Assembly: GCA_963662405.2 (NCBI GenBank)
Contig: CAXXKT010000001.1
Coordinates: 2,496,001 to 2,560,000 of the forward strand
Length of the DNA stretch: 64,000 nucleotides
Direction of reading: 5' to 3'
DNA from: Syntrophales bacterium
Lineage (GTDB): Bacteria; Desulfobacterota; Syntrophia; Syntrophales; UBA2210
The position numbers and the translations under genes are program-made. The notes beneath the pieces were generated by a model that saw nothing but the letters and a program-made list of their open reading frames with translations, was not told where the DNA came from and made no database searches. Of the stretch, positions 25,389-37,061 are shown in pieces (position 1 is the stretch's first letter; each line of letters starts with the position of its first letter).

Positions 25389-26777
25389 ATGCGGTCCGTT
25401 CGAGAGGTTATGGAATCCAGAAATATTGCCGTCTTCGGTGCCTCACAGGACCCCTTCAAGCCGGGGGCGCTCCTGATGGAGGTGTTGTGTCAAACGGGGT
25501 TCAAGGGCCGGGTCGCCGGGATCAATCCCCGCGGTGGTTCATATCGTGAAGTGCCCCTGTATCCTGCTCTCGAGGACGTTCCCTTCGATATCGATCTGGC
25601 CGCCATGATCATTCCCCCCCGTGCGGTGCCTCAGGCACTGAGGGACTGCGCCCGCAAAGGGGTCAAGGGGGTGGTGATATCTTCCGAGGGATTCGCCGAA
25701 GCGGGTGAAGAGGGGATGGCTATCCAGGAGGAAATCCGCTCGATTCTGCGCTCCGCCGATATCCGTGGCTTCGGGCCGAACACGCTGGGGCTGGTCAATA
25801 CCGAAACGGGGCTCCTGACATCGTACTTTGCGAACAAAAACACAATTATCCCCGGTTCCGTCGGGTTCGCCGCCCAGTCGGGGATCTTTGTGGGGGCGTT
25901 GCTCCTCTACATGAGTTCCTTTCCCGTCTATCGGATCTCGAAGGGCTTGGGTCTGGGGAACAAGGTGGACGTTGACGAGAGCGAGGCCCTGGACTATCTG
26001 GCCGGGGATGAGCAGACACGGATCATCGGTCTCTATCTGGAGGATATCCGAGACGGAAGACGGTTCTTGGAGGCGGCCCGGAGCGCCGTCAGAAGGAAAC
26101 CGGTGATTCTCCTCAAAGGCGGGCGGAGCGAGGAGGGGAGCGCCGCTACGGCGTCCCACACGGCAAGTCTCGCCGTCAATGACGCCGTCCTCGACGGAGT
26201 CCTTCGCCAGGCGGGGGTCCTGCGGGTGACGGGGGTCGATGAGATGCTGGCGACGATCATGGGGTTCCAGTGGGCACCTCTCCCCCGGGGGAATCGGATC
26301 GCCCTGGTCACCTTCAGCGGGGCCCAGGCGATCATGTCTGTCGATCAGGCGGCCGACGAGGCCCTCTCCCTCGCCCGGTTCGGGACGGAGACCATGGATA
26401 GGCTCTCCACCGTCATATCGACCTATCCCAAGCGGAAAAATCCGATCGATACCTATCCGGACATGAACGTGCACGGCTTTGAGAAGACGTCGACGGAGAT
26501 AGTCGCGGCTCTCCTCGATGATGACACCGTGGACGGGATCTTCTTTATCACCTTTGCCGCCTACGGTACGGAGATGATGGGCCCGCTGGTGGAACTCGTC
26601 AAAGAGAAGGGGAACAAGCCCTTTTTCGTGTCTCTCCTGGGGGATGCCGATGACATCGCCGAATCACGGGCTTACCTGATGGAACGACACATCCCCGTCT
26701 TCGATTTTCCGGAGAAAGGGGTACGGGTTTTCTCCCGGATGTGGCGGTACGCGCGCAGGGTCGGATCGCCGGTCTGA
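25389..26777 (+). CDS. ADP-forming acyl-CoA synthetase alpha-like subunit
   Basis: GPNTLG, AQSG, GNKVD, ASHT; no ATP-grasp domain. Confidence 0.88.
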   Translation: MRSVREVMESRNIAVFGASQDPFKPGALLMEVLCQTGFKGRVAGINPRGGSYREVPLYPALEDVPFDIDLAAMIIPPRAVPQALRDCARKGVKGVVISSEGFAEAGEEGMAIQEEIRSILRSADIRGFGPNTLGLVNTETGLLTSYFANKNTIIPGSVGFAAQSGIFVGALLLYMSSFPVYRISKGLGLGNKVDVDESEALDYLAGDEQTRIIGLYLEDIRDGRRFLEAARSAVRRKPVILLKGGRSEEGSAATASHTASLAVNDAVLDGVLRQAGVLRVTGVDEMLATIMGFQWAPLPRGNRIALVTFSGAQAIMSVDQAADEALSLARFGTETMDRLSTVISTYPKRKNPIDTYPDMNVHGFEKTSTEIVAALLDDDTVDGIFFITFAAYGTEMMGPLVELVKEKGNKPFFVSLLGDADDIAESRAYLMERHIPVFDFPEKGVRVFSRMWRYARRVGSPV

Positions 26778-26791
26778 GAGGGCCTGCTTCC

Positions 26792-27025
26792 CTACTCCAC
26801 GGCATCCCTGATCAGGTCCTTTACGCCGGCCTTCACCAGGACCGGATCGAGGATCAATTGGAGCCCTTTGGTCCCCCGGGCGTCGACGAGGGTCTTATCA
26901 AGGCTGATCTCGCTCTTCTTCAAGACCTTGACTTCATTTTTGTCCAACAGGATGAAGTGATAATTCAGCGCCGCCCCGAAGGCGAGAATCGCTCCCACGG
27001 CGATGATCACCAGGATCTTGTTCAT
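26792..27025 (-). CDS. Small membrane-anchored hypothetical protein
   Basis: 77 aa with an N-terminal hydrophobic helix, downstream of panB. Confidence 0.6.
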   Translation of the reverse strand: MNKILVIIAVGAILAFGAALNYHFILLDKNEVKVLKKSEISLDKTLVDARGTKGLQLILDPVLVKAGVKDLIRDAVE

Positions 27026-27079
27026 AGTCTGTCTCCGTTATCCCGCATCCACGTTTTCCCCCGGAGGACATGGTGCTTA

Positions 27080-27895
27080 TCAGTACGAGTGCTCTTCCCC
27101 CGGGAAGGCCCCGCCTTTGACATCTTCGATGTAGTGTCCGACCGCGTTTTTGATTTCCGTGCTGAGGTCTGCGTACTTTTTGACGAATTTCGGGGTGAAT
27201 CTTTCAAATGTCCCGAGCATGTCGTTGACGACGAGGACCTGGCCATCGCATTCGACCCCCGCCCCGATCCCGATGGTGGGGATCGCCAGGGCCCGGCTGA
27301 TCTCACCTGCCAGCGTTGCGGGGACGCACTCCAAAACGATGGAAAATGCACCGGCCTCTTCCAGGGCCTTGGCATCCTCCATCAGCTTGCGGGCCGCCTT
27401 GGCGTCTTTCCCCTGCACCTTGTACCCACCAAACTGGTGGACTGATTGGGGAGTCAAACCGAGGTGTCCCACCAGGGGGATCCCCGCGGCGGTGATCTTC
27501 CCGACGGCCTCCGCCACCTCTCGTCCCCCTTCCAATTTGACGCCGTGGGCGCCGGTCTCTTTCATGAGCCGCCCCGCGTTTCTCACCGCCTCCTCGACAG
27601 AGACCTGGTATGACAGGAAAGGCATGTCGGCGATCACCATCGCACGCTGTGCCGCACGAACGACGGTCTGTGTGTGGTGGATCATATCCTCCATCGTGAC
27701 CGGAAGCGTGCTGTCGTACCCCAGGACGACCATCCCGAGCGAGTCTCCTACCAGGATCATGTCCACCCCTGCTGCGTCCACCAGCGCGGCGATGGAGTAG
27801 TCATACGCGGTCAGCATGGAGATTTTTTCACCCTCCCGCTTCATCTTCAATATCGCGGCCGTTGTTACCTTATTGATCTTCCCCTGTGTACTCAT
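27080..27895 (-). CDS. panB: 3-methyl-2-oxobutanoate hydroxymethyltransferase
   Basis: [28 protein letters not shown]. Confidence 0.97.
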   Translation of the reverse strand: MSTQGKINKVTTAAILKMKREGEKISMLTAYDYSIAALVDAAGVDMILVGDSLGMVVLGYDSTLPVTMEDMIHHTQTVVRAAQRAMVIADMPFLSYQVSVEEAVRNAGRLMKETGAHGVKLEGGREVAEAVGKITAAGIPLVGHLGLTPQSVHQFGGYKVQGKDAKAARKLMEDAKALEEAGAFSIVLECVPATLAGEISRALAIPTIGIGAGVECDGQVLVVNDMLGTFERFTPKFVKKYADLSTEIKNAVGHYIEDVKGGAFPGEEHSY

Positions 27896-28772
27896 CTGTA
27901 TTTCCTTTCAACAGTGATGTTAACTCCGCGGCCTTGCCCGCGGACAGTGTCTTGTTCCCGAGTGCTATGCCGACGGTGAAAAGGCCCATCTCCCGGTACA
28001 GATCCAGGAGATGCGGCATCTTTTCATCGAGGGCCTTCAGATGTCCCTGGATGGTTCCGATGTCGCCCCGGGCGATGGGACCGGTGAGCGATTGCTCGGT
28101 TCCTCTTTCTTCGATATTGCGGATGGTGCCCCGGACGAGGGGCCAGAAAGACCGGATCGCATCGTCTTCCTCCATCCCGAGATTCCCGTAGATTTCCTTG
28201 ACCAAGTTCATGAGCGTGACAAGATAGTTGGATGCCATGCAGGCCGCCGCGTGATAGAGGGGCTTGTCCCTGTCCGCCACGAAGAAGGATGTCCCTCCCA
28301 GGTCGCGTACGATCCGTACCGCCCAGTCCCTGATCTCGCCCTCGGCGGTGATGCTGAAGGTGCTTCCCGGAATGGTTTCGATGACCCCTTCGATATCGGC
28401 GAAGGACTGGAGCGGATGGATCGTGCCGATCTCCGCACCGGAGTTGCGTGCCGGTGCCAAAAGACCGAGCCCTCCTGCCCCGCTCATATGGACGACCCTC
28501 ATACCGGGGGCAAAACCACCCCCCCGGGCGATCTCAGCGCAGACGGTTTGTATGATATCGTCGGGTGTTGTAATGAAGATGGATCGTGAGGATCGTGCGG
28601 CCTGGAGGGGTGATTTACAGGCAATTCCGCCGGTATACCCCACTCCCCGATCGAGGGCCTCCGGCGAAGGGTCCGCGACGGCGACTATCTCGTATCCGGC
28701 ATTCCGGAGAAGATACCCTACGGCGGTGCCTACCTTGCCCAGCCCTATGATGGCGATCGGGTCTCTGTTCAT
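27870..28772 (-). CDS. Rossmann-like plus DUF2520 protein, probable PanG-type ketopantoate reductase
   Basis: [35 protein letters not shown]; overlaps panB. Confidence 0.85.
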   Translation of the reverse strand: MNRDPIAIIGLGKVGTAVGYLLRNAGYEIVAVADPSPEALDRGVGYTGGIACKSPLQAARSSRSIFITTPDDIIQTVCAEIARGGGFAPGMRVVHMSGAGGLGLLAPARNSGAEIGTIHPLQSFADIEGVIETIPGSTFSITAEGEIRDWAVRIVRDLGGTSFFVADRDKPLYHAAACMASNYLVTLMNLVKEIYGNLGMEEDDAIRSFWPLVRGTIRNIEERGTEQSLTGPIARGDIGTIQGHLKALDEKMPHLLDLYREMGLFTVGIALGNKTLSAGKAAELTSLLKGNTDEYTGEDQ

Positions 28773-28776
28773 CTCA

Positions 28777-28895
28777 TAAAAAAGGGGCGCTCCGACCGAT
28801 TTTCGGAAAGGCCCCTCAGGATATACTGCCACCGCACATTCTGTTTTCGACCATTCCGTCTCAGTCCGACGCTTCCGGATCCAAGCGGTTTTACA
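28777..28895 (-). ncRNA. Putative pan RNA motif leader with intrinsic terminator
   Basis: Minus strand CCGCTTGGATCCGGAAGCGTCGGACTGAGACGGA, then GAGGGGC...GCGCCCCTTTTTT just before the start; TTGACA upstream; located 5' of pantothenate genes. Motif identity is from recall, not a search. Confidence 0.6.
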
Positions 28896-29073
28896 GACGC
28901 GCTATCACAGGGGGCGGCGACTTGTCAACAGGTATTTGCCGTATCGTCCGCCTTTTTATCCCTTGTATTTCTCAGGGGAGTGATTATACTAGTTTCGTGT
29001 TGTACGATACTGATCCGGAAGTGCCGCGTAATCAGAATGATCCGTTGCCCCGAGCCTATTCTTCAGGAGTGAT

Positions 29074-29718
29074 ATGAAATCGGTTACATTGATGGTCTTT
29101 GATTTTGACGGGACCCTGGTGAAATCCGGGGATGATCTTGCTGCCTCCGTGAACCATACCCTGGATACCTTAGAACTCCCGCTTCTCGATACGGATACGA
29201 TCATCGGCTTCATCGGCGACGGGGTGGCGAAGCTGATTGAACGGTCCCTGGGCGATGAATACCGGCACCGGTTTGAAGAGGCGATGGGAATATTCGGCGC
29301 TCATTATGCGGACCATCTTCTCGATACGACGTGTCTCTATCCGGGGGTGTGCGATACCCTGGACCATTTCCGGGAAACGAAGAAAGTGATTGTGACGAAT
29401 AAACGGTACGATTATACGCTCAAGATTTCCGATGCCCTGAGGATTGCCGGTTGCTTTGAGGAGATTATAGGAGCGGACAGTTTCCCCGTCAGGAAGCCCG
29501 ATCAAGGAATCCTCCTCCCGCTCCTCGATCGCTACGGGGCGAAAAGGACGGATACCGTGGTTATCGGTGACGGAACCAACGATATCCTTCTGGCCAAAAA
29601 CAGCGGGACTCTGAGCTGCGCGCTTCTGAACGGCCTCGGGAACAGGGCGCATCTCCTTGCCCTTCGTCCGGATTATTGTTGCGAGGAGATTGCGGAATTG
29701 AAAGAGCTGTTTGCGTGA
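29074..29718 (+). CDS. HAD phosphatase (Gph-like)
   Basis: FDFDGTL, TNK, RKP, IGDGTND. Confidence 0.9.
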   Translation: MKSVTLMVFDFDGTLVKSGDDLAASVNHTLDTLELPLLDTDTIIGFIGDGVAKLIERSLGDEYRHRFEEAMGIFGAHYADHLLDTTCLYPGVCDTLDHFRETKKVIVTNKRYDYTLKISDALRIAGCFEEIIGADSFPVRKPDQGILLPLLDRYGAKRTDTVVIGDGTNDILLAKNSGTLSCALLNGLGNRAHLLALRPDYCCEEIAELKELFA

Positions 29719-29739
29719 CGGGCAAACCGGATGTGACTC

Positions 29740-31113
29740 ATGATGCGGAAAGTGAGAGAGACGATCGAGCGGCACACAATGGTCACGCCCGGTGACCGGG
29801 TGGGGGTTGCCGTGTCCGGCGGGGCAGATTCAGTCACCCTCCTGCACCTGCTTTTTGAACTTGCCGACGAGTATAATCTTACCCTGACAGTGCTTCACCT
29901 GAATCATGGTATCAGGGGTGAGGAGGCCGACCGTGACGAATCGTTCGTGAAAAAACTGGCCGAATCGATGGGGATTCCCTGTGCGGTCGAACGGGTTTCC
30001 GTCCCGAAGCTGCGCCGGCAGCGGGGAGGGTCCATCGAAGATATCTGCCGGCAGGAACGATACGCCTTCTTCGACCGGTCAGTCCGCAAACAGGGACTGA
30101 GCCGGATCGCCCTGGGACATACCTTGAACGATCAGGCGGAGACGGTGATCATGCGCTTTCTCAGGGGGAGCGGACTGGATGGATTAAAGGGATTCCTCCC
30201 GATCCGTGAGAGGATCTACATACGTCCCCTTATGGAGGTGACGCGCGATGAGGTGGTCTCTTTCCTGAAGAAGAGAAAGATTCCCTTTATAACGGACAGT
30301 TCGAATGAAGATCCCGCATTTGCGAGAAACCGGATACGAAACCATCTGGTCCCGGAGCTCCGGGACCAGTATAATATGAGGCTGGAGGAAAATATCAGTC
30401 GGACAGCCGGGATCCTCCGGCTCGAGGACGATTTCATCCGTGAATCGGTCGCGGGTATTGTCAGCGAGTGGGGGATCGATCTTCACAGGGCCTGTCTCCC
30501 GGTCCTGAAACTGAGGCAACTCCATCCGGCCCTCCGGTGGAGACTGATCAAGACGATCCTCGAGGGGCATTCGCCTCAGAGGAACGGAATCGGGTACCTC
30601 CACGTAAAGGCCGTGGCCGAACTGATCGATGGCTCCGGCCCAAGCGCCTCCGCGGATCTTCCTTTCGATCTTGTGGCCCGGCGGGAGTATGATGACTTGG
30701 TTATCGAACCGAATGACGGATATCCTGATGCAGGAGATTTTGCGTACGATGTCCTGATCCCGGGAGGGGTTGATATTGTTGAGACGAGGCAGCGAATGGC
30801 TTTTGACCTGGTCGACGCGGGGGAAGTCGATCCCCGGTCGAGCAACCCCGTTTTCATGGACCGGAATGCCATCTCTTTTCCCCTTGTCGTACGGAACATC
30901 AGACCGGGAGACCGGATACAACCCCTGGGTATGGGCGGGGTAAAGAAGGTGGCGAGGCTTATGGTGGATGAAAAGGTGCCGAAGGCCGCACGGGGATCGA
31001 TTCCCCTCCTCACTGATCGTACATCGGTTCTCTGGGTGCCGGGTGTGCGCCTCAGCGACCGGGTGAAGATAACGGATATGACGGAAAAGGTGGTAAAAGC
31101 GGAAATTATTTGA
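29740..31113 (+). CDS. tilS: tRNA(Ile)-lysidine synthetase
   Basis: AVSGGADS PP-loop, HTLNDQAET, RNRIR. Confidence 0.96.
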   Translation: MMRKVRETIERHTMVTPGDRVGVAVSGGADSVTLLHLLFELADEYNLTLTVLHLNHGIRGEEADRDESFVKKLAESMGIPCAVERVSVPKLRRQRGGSIEDICRQERYAFFDRSVRKQGLSRIALGHTLNDQAETVIMRFLRGSGLDGLKGFLPIRERIYIRPLMEVTRDEVVSFLKKRKIPFITDSSNEDPAFARNRIRNHLVPELRDQYNMRLEENISRTAGILRLEDDFIRESVAGIVSEWGIDLHRACLPVLKLRQLHPALRWRLIKTILEGHSPQRNGIGYLHVKAVAELIDGSGPSASADLPFDLVARREYDDLVIEPNDGYPDAGDFAYDVLIPGGVDIVETRQRMAFDLVDAGEVDPRSSNPVFMDRNAISFPLVVRNIRPGDRIQPLGMGGVKKVARLMVDEKVPKAARGSIPLLTDRTSVLWVPGVRLSDRVKITDMTEKVVKAEII

Positions 31114-31150
31114 TAGTGAAAAATCTCAAAATTACTGACAGGAGTGAATA

Positions 31151-32959
31151 GTGAATCAATCGCAGAAAAATATTGCGCTCTGGATTGTGATCAGTCTGGT
31201 ATTCGTCTTTCTCTTCCAAATGTTCAATCAACCGCAGGGGAAAAAGGAAGAGATAGCCTACAGCGATTTTATCGGTTACGTCGACAAGGGACAGGTAACC
31301 GAAGTGACCATGCAGGGGGAGAATATCGACGGAAGACTTGCCGATGGGAAGGAGTTCAAACTCTTCGCCCCCTACGATCCGAACCTGGTATCTCTCTTGA
31401 AGGATAAGGGCGTGCGGATCTCGGCCAAACCGGCCGAAGGGTCTTCGTGGTATATGACCATCCTGATATCGTGGCTCCCCATCATACTCCTCATCGGCGT
31501 CTGGATCTTCTTCATGCGGCAGATGCAGTCCGGCGGCGGGAAGGCGATGTCCTTCGGTAAGAGCAGGGCCCGTTTGATGACCGAGAAGACGCAGAAAACC
31601 ACCTTCGCCGATGTGGCGGGGGTCGATGAGGCCAAGGAGGAACTGGAAGAGGTCGTCGAATTCCTGCGTGATCCCCGGAAGTTCACCAAGCTGGGGGGAC
31701 GGATCCCGAAGGGGGTTCTCCTGGTGGGTCAGCCCGGGACGGGAAAGACGCTTCTCGCACGGGCGATCGCCGGTGAAGCGGGGGTTCCCTTCCTGAGTAT
31801 CAGCGGCTCCGATTTTGTCGAGATGTTCGTAGGGGTCGGCGCATCCCGCGTCAGGGACCTGTTCAATCAGGGGAAGAAAAATGCCCCCTGCATCATCTTT
31901 ATCGACGAGCTTGATGCCGTCGGGAGGCAGCGGGGGGCCGGTCTTGGCGGCGGGCATGACGAACGGGAGCAGACCCTCAACCAGATGCTCGTGGAGATGG
32001 ACGGGTTTGAGTCGAACGAAGGGGTGATCATCATGTCGGCCACCAATCGTCCGGATGTCCTCGATCCCGCGCTCCTCAGGCCGGGTCGATTTGACCGTCA
32101 GGTGGTGGTTCCTCTCCCGGACGTCAGGGGAAGGGAAAAGATATTTGAGGTGCATGTCAAGAAGGTGCCGCTGGAAGACGCCATAGACCTGTCCGTTATC
32201 GCCCGGGGGACACCCGGGTTTTCCGGAGCCGATATAGAAAATCTGGTCAACGAGGCAGCCCTGTATGCCGCGCGGCAAAATAAGGACAAGGTTTCCCTGT
32301 CCGACCTGGAATTTGCCAAGGACAAGGTCTTGATGGGGACGGAACGACGGAGCATGGTCATCAGCGATGAAGAGAAGAAAAACACCGCGTACCATGAGGG
32401 GGGACATGCCCTTGTCGCCAAGCTGATCCCCGGAACCGACCCGATACACAAGGTCACCATCATACCGCGGGGACGGGCCCTTGGCCTGACGCAGCAGCTG
32501 CCGGTGGATGAGAAGCATGCCTATCCCAGTTCATACCTGATCAATAATATCACGATTCTCCTGGGGGGGCGTGCCGCCGAGGAACTGATCCTGAAGGATT
32601 TTACGACGGGTGCGGGAAATGATATAGAGCGCGCCACGGAGATTGCCCGGAAGATGGTCTGCAACTGGGGGATGAGCAAGGTCATGGGACCGCTGACCTT
32701 CGGGAAGACGGAAGAACAGGTCTTTCTCGGGAGGGAGATCGCGACCCATAAGAATTACAGTGAAAATACGGCTGAACAAATAGACGAAGAGATCTCACGC
32801 ATCGTGACGGAAAACTACGAACGGGCAAAGAAGCTTCTGTCCGACAATATCGATACGCTCCACCGACTTTCCCAGTTACTCCTCGAAAAGGAGGTGCTCA
32901 ACACCGAGGAAATCGATGCGATCATGGGAGGCCAAGTCGCGGAAGAGGGGCCTGAGTGA
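31151..32959 (+). CDS. ftsH: ATP-dependent zinc metalloprotease FtsH
   Basis: Two TM helices, [19 protein letters not shown]. Confidence 0.98.
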   Translation: MNQSQKNIALWIVISLVFVFLFQMFNQPQGKKEEIAYSDFIGYVDKGQVTEVTMQGENIDGRLADGKEFKLFAPYDPNLVSLLKDKGVRISAKPAEGSSWYMTILISWLPIILLIGVWIFFMRQMQSGGGKAMSFGKSRARLMTEKTQKTTFADVAGVDEAKEELEEVVEFLRDPRKFTKLGGRIPKGVLLVGQPGTGKTLLARAIAGEAGVPFLSISGSDFVEMFVGVGASRVRDLFNQGKKNAPCIIFIDELDAVGRQRGAGLGGGHDEREQTLNQMLVEMDGFESNEGVIIMSATNRPDVLDPALLRPGRFDRQVVVPLPDVRGREKIFEVHVKKVPLEDAIDLSVIARGTPGFSGADIENLVNEAALYAARQNKDKVSLSDLEFAKDKVLMGTERRSMVISDEEKKNTAYHEGGHALVAKLIPGTDPIHKVTIIPRGRALGLTQQLPVDEKHAYPSSYLINNITILLGGRAAEELILKDFTTGAGNDIERATEIARKMVCNWGMSKVMGPLTFGKTEEQVFLGREIATHKNYSENTAEQIDEEISRIVTENYERAKKLLSDNIDTLHRLSQLLLEKEVLNTEEIDAIMGGQVAEEGPE

Positions 32960-34149
32960 GATTCCTGAACATCACCTCTCCCGCTCGGGCGGAGGAGGAA
33001 CTGAAGCGAGTCGGCGTGGACTGGCCGGGTATTGAGGCCATGCTCCCCAAGATGGGGACCGTCACGTTGCTTCTCGATGGGCTCGAATGTAAGGTTGCAA
33101 ACATCCTGAAACAGGAGATGCTGTCCATCGGCGGAGATGTCGCCGTGGCGCGTGAGTCGGTCGCCTGCGGCATCGAGCGTACCGATGCGATCCTGATCGG
33201 GACGCCGAAACAGATGGGGCGACTTGCCGATAAGCTGGCCCCGCAGCCTTTTGGTCTCAGGGGAATATCCGATGATATGAGAAGGATCCTCTCCAACGTT
33301 GCCCGGGACGCCTTTTCGCTCCGGACCCCGCGGCGTGAGATCGCTGTCGGGGCGAAGACCCTCGTTATGGGGATCGTGAATATGACCCCCGATTCCTTTT
33401 CCGACGGAGGGATGTTCGACAGCGTTGAAGAGGCAGTCGGCCACGCGCGGCGGATGGAAGAGGCCGGTGCCGACATCATCGATATCGGAGGGGAATCCTC
33501 GCGACCGGGTTCGGAGCCTGTCACTGCGGTCGAGGAGGCGGCCCGGGTTATCCCCGTGATAGAACGGCTTGTTGGTGTCTTGACTGTCCCGGTGTCGATC
33601 GACACGACAAAGGCGGTCGTTGCCCGCCATGCGCTGGAGGCCGGGGCGGAGATCGTCAATGACGTCAGCGCTCTGAGATTCGACGAAGGTATGGCCGAGG
33701 TCGTTGCGTCTTACGGGGTTCCCGTCGTCCTGATGCACATGAGGGGGCAGCCCCGAACGATGCAGGTGGGGGACCTGTCGTACCGGTCACTCATGGGCGA
33801 GATAACCGGGTTTCTTGGGGAGCGGATCGGATCGGCTGTCGCGGCGGGGGTGGACGAAGAACAAATCGTGATCGATCCCGGTATCGGTTTTGGGAAGACC
33901 ACGGCGGACAATATCGCCATCCTGAAAAATCTCAGGGAACTGAAGACCCTGGGACGGCCGATCTTGGTTGGCGCGTCGCGGAAGCGATTTATCGGTCAGA
34001 TCACCGGCCAGGATCGTGCGGAAGATCGCATCGAGGGAACGGCGGCGGGTGTTACTGCCGCCATCCTGAACGGGGCGCATATTGTGAGAGTGCACGATGT
34101 GGGTTTTATGGAACGCGTTTCCCGGATTGCTGATGAGATAGCGAGATGA
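32956..34149 (+). CDS. folP: Dihydropteroate synthase with N-terminal extension
   Basis: MGIVNMTPDSFSDGG, DPGIGFGK, SRKRF, RVHDV. Confidence 0.96.
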   Translation: MRFLNITSPARAEEELKRVGVDWPGIEAMLPKMGTVTLLLDGLECKVANILKQEMLSIGGDVAVARESVACGIERTDAILIGTPKQMGRLADKLAPQPFGLRGISDDMRRILSNVARDAFSLRTPRREIAVGAKTLVMGIVNMTPDSFSDGGMFDSVEEAVGHARRMEEAGADIIDIGGESSRPGSEPVTAVEEAARVIPVIERLVGVLTVPVSIDTTKAVVARHALEAGAEIVNDVSALRFDEGMAEVVASYGVPVVLMHMRGQPRTMQVGDLSYRSLMGEITGFLGERIGSAVAAGVDEEQIVIDPGIGFGKTTADNIAILKNLRELKTLGRPILVGASRKRFIGQITGQDRAEDRIEGTAAGVTAAILNGAHIVRVHDVGFMERVSRIADEIAR

Positions 34150-34523
34150 TACATGCCGTGGGGACGGACATCGTCGAGGTGGAGCGGATCGCGCAAATCC
34201 TGAAAAGATGGCCTGAGCGATTTGTCAGGAAGGTCTATACCCGGGAGGAAATACGGTACTGCACGGCAATGGCCTATCCCGCGCAGCATTTTGCGGCTCG
34301 CTTTGCTGCGAAAGAGGCGGCGTTCAAGGCAATGGGCCGGGGGATAGGCGGGGGCGTCGGATTGACCGATGTGGAGGTCATTACCGGTCCGGAGGGAAGA
34401 CCGGAACTGCGTTTTTATGGGAAGGCGAGAGAAATAGCGGACAGGACCGGCATAACGGAGAGACACATCAGCCTTTCCCATACCGACCGATATGCCGTAG
34501 CTGTTATTGTCCTCGAGAAGTAG
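34146..34523 (+). CDS. acpS: Holo-ACP synthase
   Basis: GTDIVE, RFAAKEA, ISLSH. Confidence 0.96.
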   Translation: MIHAVGTDIVEVERIAQILKRWPERFVRKVYTREEIRYCTAMAYPAQHFAARFAAKEAAFKAMGRGIGGGVGLTDVEVITGPEGRPELRFYGKAREIADRTGITERHISLSHTDRYAVAVIVLEK

Positions 34524-34526
34524 TGG

Positions 34527-34997
34527 ATGACAACTGTTGATTTGATTTCGAACAGCCCCGGCGAGACGCTGGAGATCGGAAGGGTTATCGGAGAACACCT
34601 GACCGGCGGGCAGGTCGTGGCCTTGACGGGCGAACTGGGGGCGGGGAAGACCTGCCTGACCCAGGGGATCGCCCGTGGTTTGGGAATTCCCGAGAGGGAG
34701 TATATCACCAGTCCCACCTTCACGCTGATCAATGAGTATCACGGGCGAATTCCCCTGTATCACATGGATGTATATCGGCTGTCCGGTTCTTGTGATATGG
34801 AAGATATGGGGTATACGGAGTATTTTTACGGAAAGGGGGCCGTCGTGATCGAATGGGCCGAGAAGGTTGCCGATATCCTTCCCGCCGGTGTCGTGATGAT
34901 CAATCTGGAATATGGCGACGAGACCACAAGGAAACTCAAGATTTCATGTGAATCGAATGTGCCTTGTGTCGAAATGTTGAAAGAGAGAGGAGCTTGA
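34527..34997 (+). CDS. tsaE: t6A biosynthesis ATPase
   Basis: GELGAGKT, SPTF, HMDVYRL, IEW. Confidence 0.96.
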   Translation: MTTVDLISNSPGETLEIGRVIGEHLTGGQVVALTGELGAGKTCLTQGIARGLGIPEREYITSPTFTLINEYHGRIPLYHMDVYRLSGSCDMEDMGYTEYFYGKGAVVIEWAEKVADILPAGVVMINLEYGDETTRKLKISCESNVPCVEMLKERGA

Positions 34998-35000
34998 TAG

Positions 35001-36224
35001 GTGGCAGTAATTGTGCAGAAGTATGGCGGCACCTCCGTGGCCGACCTTGAAAAGATTCAGGCTATCGCACGGAGAGTGGCGAGGACCAGGGAAGACGGAA
35101 ACGACATGGTGGTTGTCCTCTCGGCCATGGCGGGCGAGACTGACCGGCTTGTGCAACTGGCAAGCAAGGCCGCCGGGGGAGATCCGGACTGGCGTGAATA
35201 CGATGTGATCGTCTCTTCGGGAGAACAGGTAACGATTTCGCTCCTGGCGATTATGCTCAACAAGATGGGATGCGAGGCCGTATCTCTCCTGGGTGACCAG
35301 GTGCGGATACTGACCGACACGGCCCACGGCAGTGCAAAGATACTCGATGTCGAAACCGAACGGATAGCAAACGAACTGAAACGGGGACGGATAGTCGTTG
35401 TAGCCGGCTTTCAGGGGGTCGACAGCCAAGGAAATATCACCACGCTGGGGAGAGGCGGCTCGGATACGACCGCCGTGGCCATCGCGGCCGCGCTCAAGGC
35501 CGATTTTTGTGAGATATTTACCGATGTGGATGGAGTTTATACGACGGACCCCTATGTATGTAATACGGCGAGAAAACTGAAGAAGATATCGTACGATGAG
35601 ATGCTGAGCCTGGCGGGTGCGGGGGCGAAGGTTCTGCATCACCGCTCGGTCGAACTGGCCAAGGCATTTGAAGTCCCGGTGTATGTACGGTCTTCTTTCA
35701 GCGAGGATAGTGGAACATTGGTTACCAAGGAGGATGAAGAGATGGAACGAGGGCTTATCACAGGTGTGGCGTATGACAGAGATCAGGCGAAGGTGACGGT
35801 GGTCCATGTGCCGGACAGACCGGGCATTGCCTCTCAGGTCTTTACCCCCCTGTCAGATCATAATATCGTGGTCGACATGATTATCCAGAATGCGAGCAGC
35901 GAGGGGTATACCGACCTGACCTTCACCGTCTCTCGGAAGAATATCGAAGAGGCCCGGGCCCTTCTTGACGCAGCCGCACAGGAGATGGGTGCCTTGCGGG
36001 TGGAATATGATCAGAATATCTCCAAGGTCTCCATCGTCGGCGTCGGCATGCAGAGTCAGTCGGGTGTTGCGGCGATGATGTTCGAGGCGCTTGCCAAGGA
36101 CGGGATCAATATCTTGATGATCAGCACCTCCGAGATCAAGATATCGTGTGTTATAGAGGCGAAATATACCGAACTGGCCGTCAGGGTCCTGCATGATGTC
36201 TTTGGTTTGGAGCAGGAGCCGTGA
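35001..36224 (+). CDS. lysC: Aspartate kinase
   Basis: VQKYGGTSV, TLGRGGSD, two ACT domains. Confidence 0.96.
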   Translation: MAVIVQKYGGTSVADLEKIQAIARRVARTREDGNDMVVVLSAMAGETDRLVQLASKAAGGDPDWREYDVIVSSGEQVTISLLAIMLNKMGCEAVSLLGDQVRILTDTAHGSAKILDVETERIANELKRGRIVVVAGFQGVDSQGNITTLGRGGSDTTAVAIAAALKADFCEIFTDVDGVYTTDPYVCNTARKLKKISYDEMLSLAGAGAKVLHHRSVELAKAFEVPVYVRSSFSEDSGTLVTKEDEEMERGLITGVAYDRDQAKVTVVHVPDRPGIASQVFTPLSDHNIVVDMIIQNASSEGYTDLTFTVSRKNIEEARALLDAAAQEMGALRVEYDQNISKVSIVGVGMQSQSGVAAMMFEALAKDGINILMISTSEIKISCVIEAKYTELAVRVLHDVFGLEQEP

Positions 36225-36241
36225 ACGATATGTGAGGTCCC

Positions 36242-36814
36242 ATGAAGGGGAGACAACTCTGCGGGGCAATGGGAATCGTGATCATGGCGGTTTCCCTCTA
36301 TATCGCCCGGGATCTTCTCCGGTATGCGCAATCTCCGGGGGAAGTTGTCGTTTCGTCTCGGTGGGAGGAGATGGGAATCGTGGTTGAGCTTGCCGGCGAT
36401 CCTGATCATGCCGGGATCTATTTTCTTCCCGAGGCATCGACGCTCGGCCATCTTCTCCAGAAGGCGGGAGCCGACGATGTCGTCAGCTTCGCCGGGAGCA
36501 CCCTTGCTGAGGTGGTCCGTGCCGGCGACCGGGTCACCTGTGACACGACCCGCCATCGGGTCACCATCGGTGATATGTCGGTCGCTACCCGGCTGGCCCT
36601 CGATATGCCGATCGATCTCAACGGGGCGACGCGTGAAGAACTGATGCTTATCCCCGGAATCGGACCCCATACGGCGGGGATGATCGTCGAGCTCAGGGAA
36701 AGAAGAAAAACCTTCTTCCGGGTGGAGGAATTGGAAGAAATCCCCGGGATGGGAAAGAAACGATATAACGGAATACGGGAATATCTGTACGTTCAGGAGC
36801 CTACTTGTTCTTGA
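36242..36814 (+). CDS. comEA: ComEA-like helix-hairpin-helix protein
   Basis: N-terminal [25 protein letters not shown]. Confidence 0.8.
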   Translation: MKGRQLCGAMGIVIMAVSLYIARDLLRYAQSPGEVVVSSRWEEMGIVVELAGDPDHAGIYFLPEASTLGHLLQKAGADDVVSFAGSTLAEVVRAGDRVTCDTTRHRVTIGDMSVATRLALDMPIDLNGATREELMLIPGIGPHTAGMIVELRERRKTFFRVEELEEIPGMGKKRYNGIREYLYVQEPTCS

Positions 36815-36850
36815 CAGAGATAAGCGATAGTGATATCTGAGCGGGAAAGT

Positions 36851-36927
<77 letters not shown>

Positions 36928-36943
36928 TTTTTTTGTAGTAAGG

Positions 36944-36968
36944 AAAACCGCCGTTACCGGCGGTTTTT
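36944..36968 (+). terminator. Intrinsic terminator
   Basis: AAAACCGCCG-TTAC-CGGCGGTTTTT. Confidence 0.8.
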
Positions 36969-37013
36969 GTTTGAGGCGGATGTTGATGCCGTATTCGGCG
37001 GCGCTAATCACAG

Positions 37014-37042
37014 TTGACAATCGGACTTGCGATTACTACTAT
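37014..37042 (+). promoter_or_regulatory. Sigma70-type promoter for tRNA-Leu/tig
   Basis: TTGACA-N17-TACTAT. Confidence 0.75.
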
Positions 37043-37061
37043 AGCAATACTCTTGTAGAAT

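Noticed and set aside
31106..32518. Long antisense ORFs (also 13728-14696, 46374-47453, 48847-49761, 58988-60205)
   Set aside because: Shadow frames of well-supported genes in GC-rich DNA, with no recognisable motifs.
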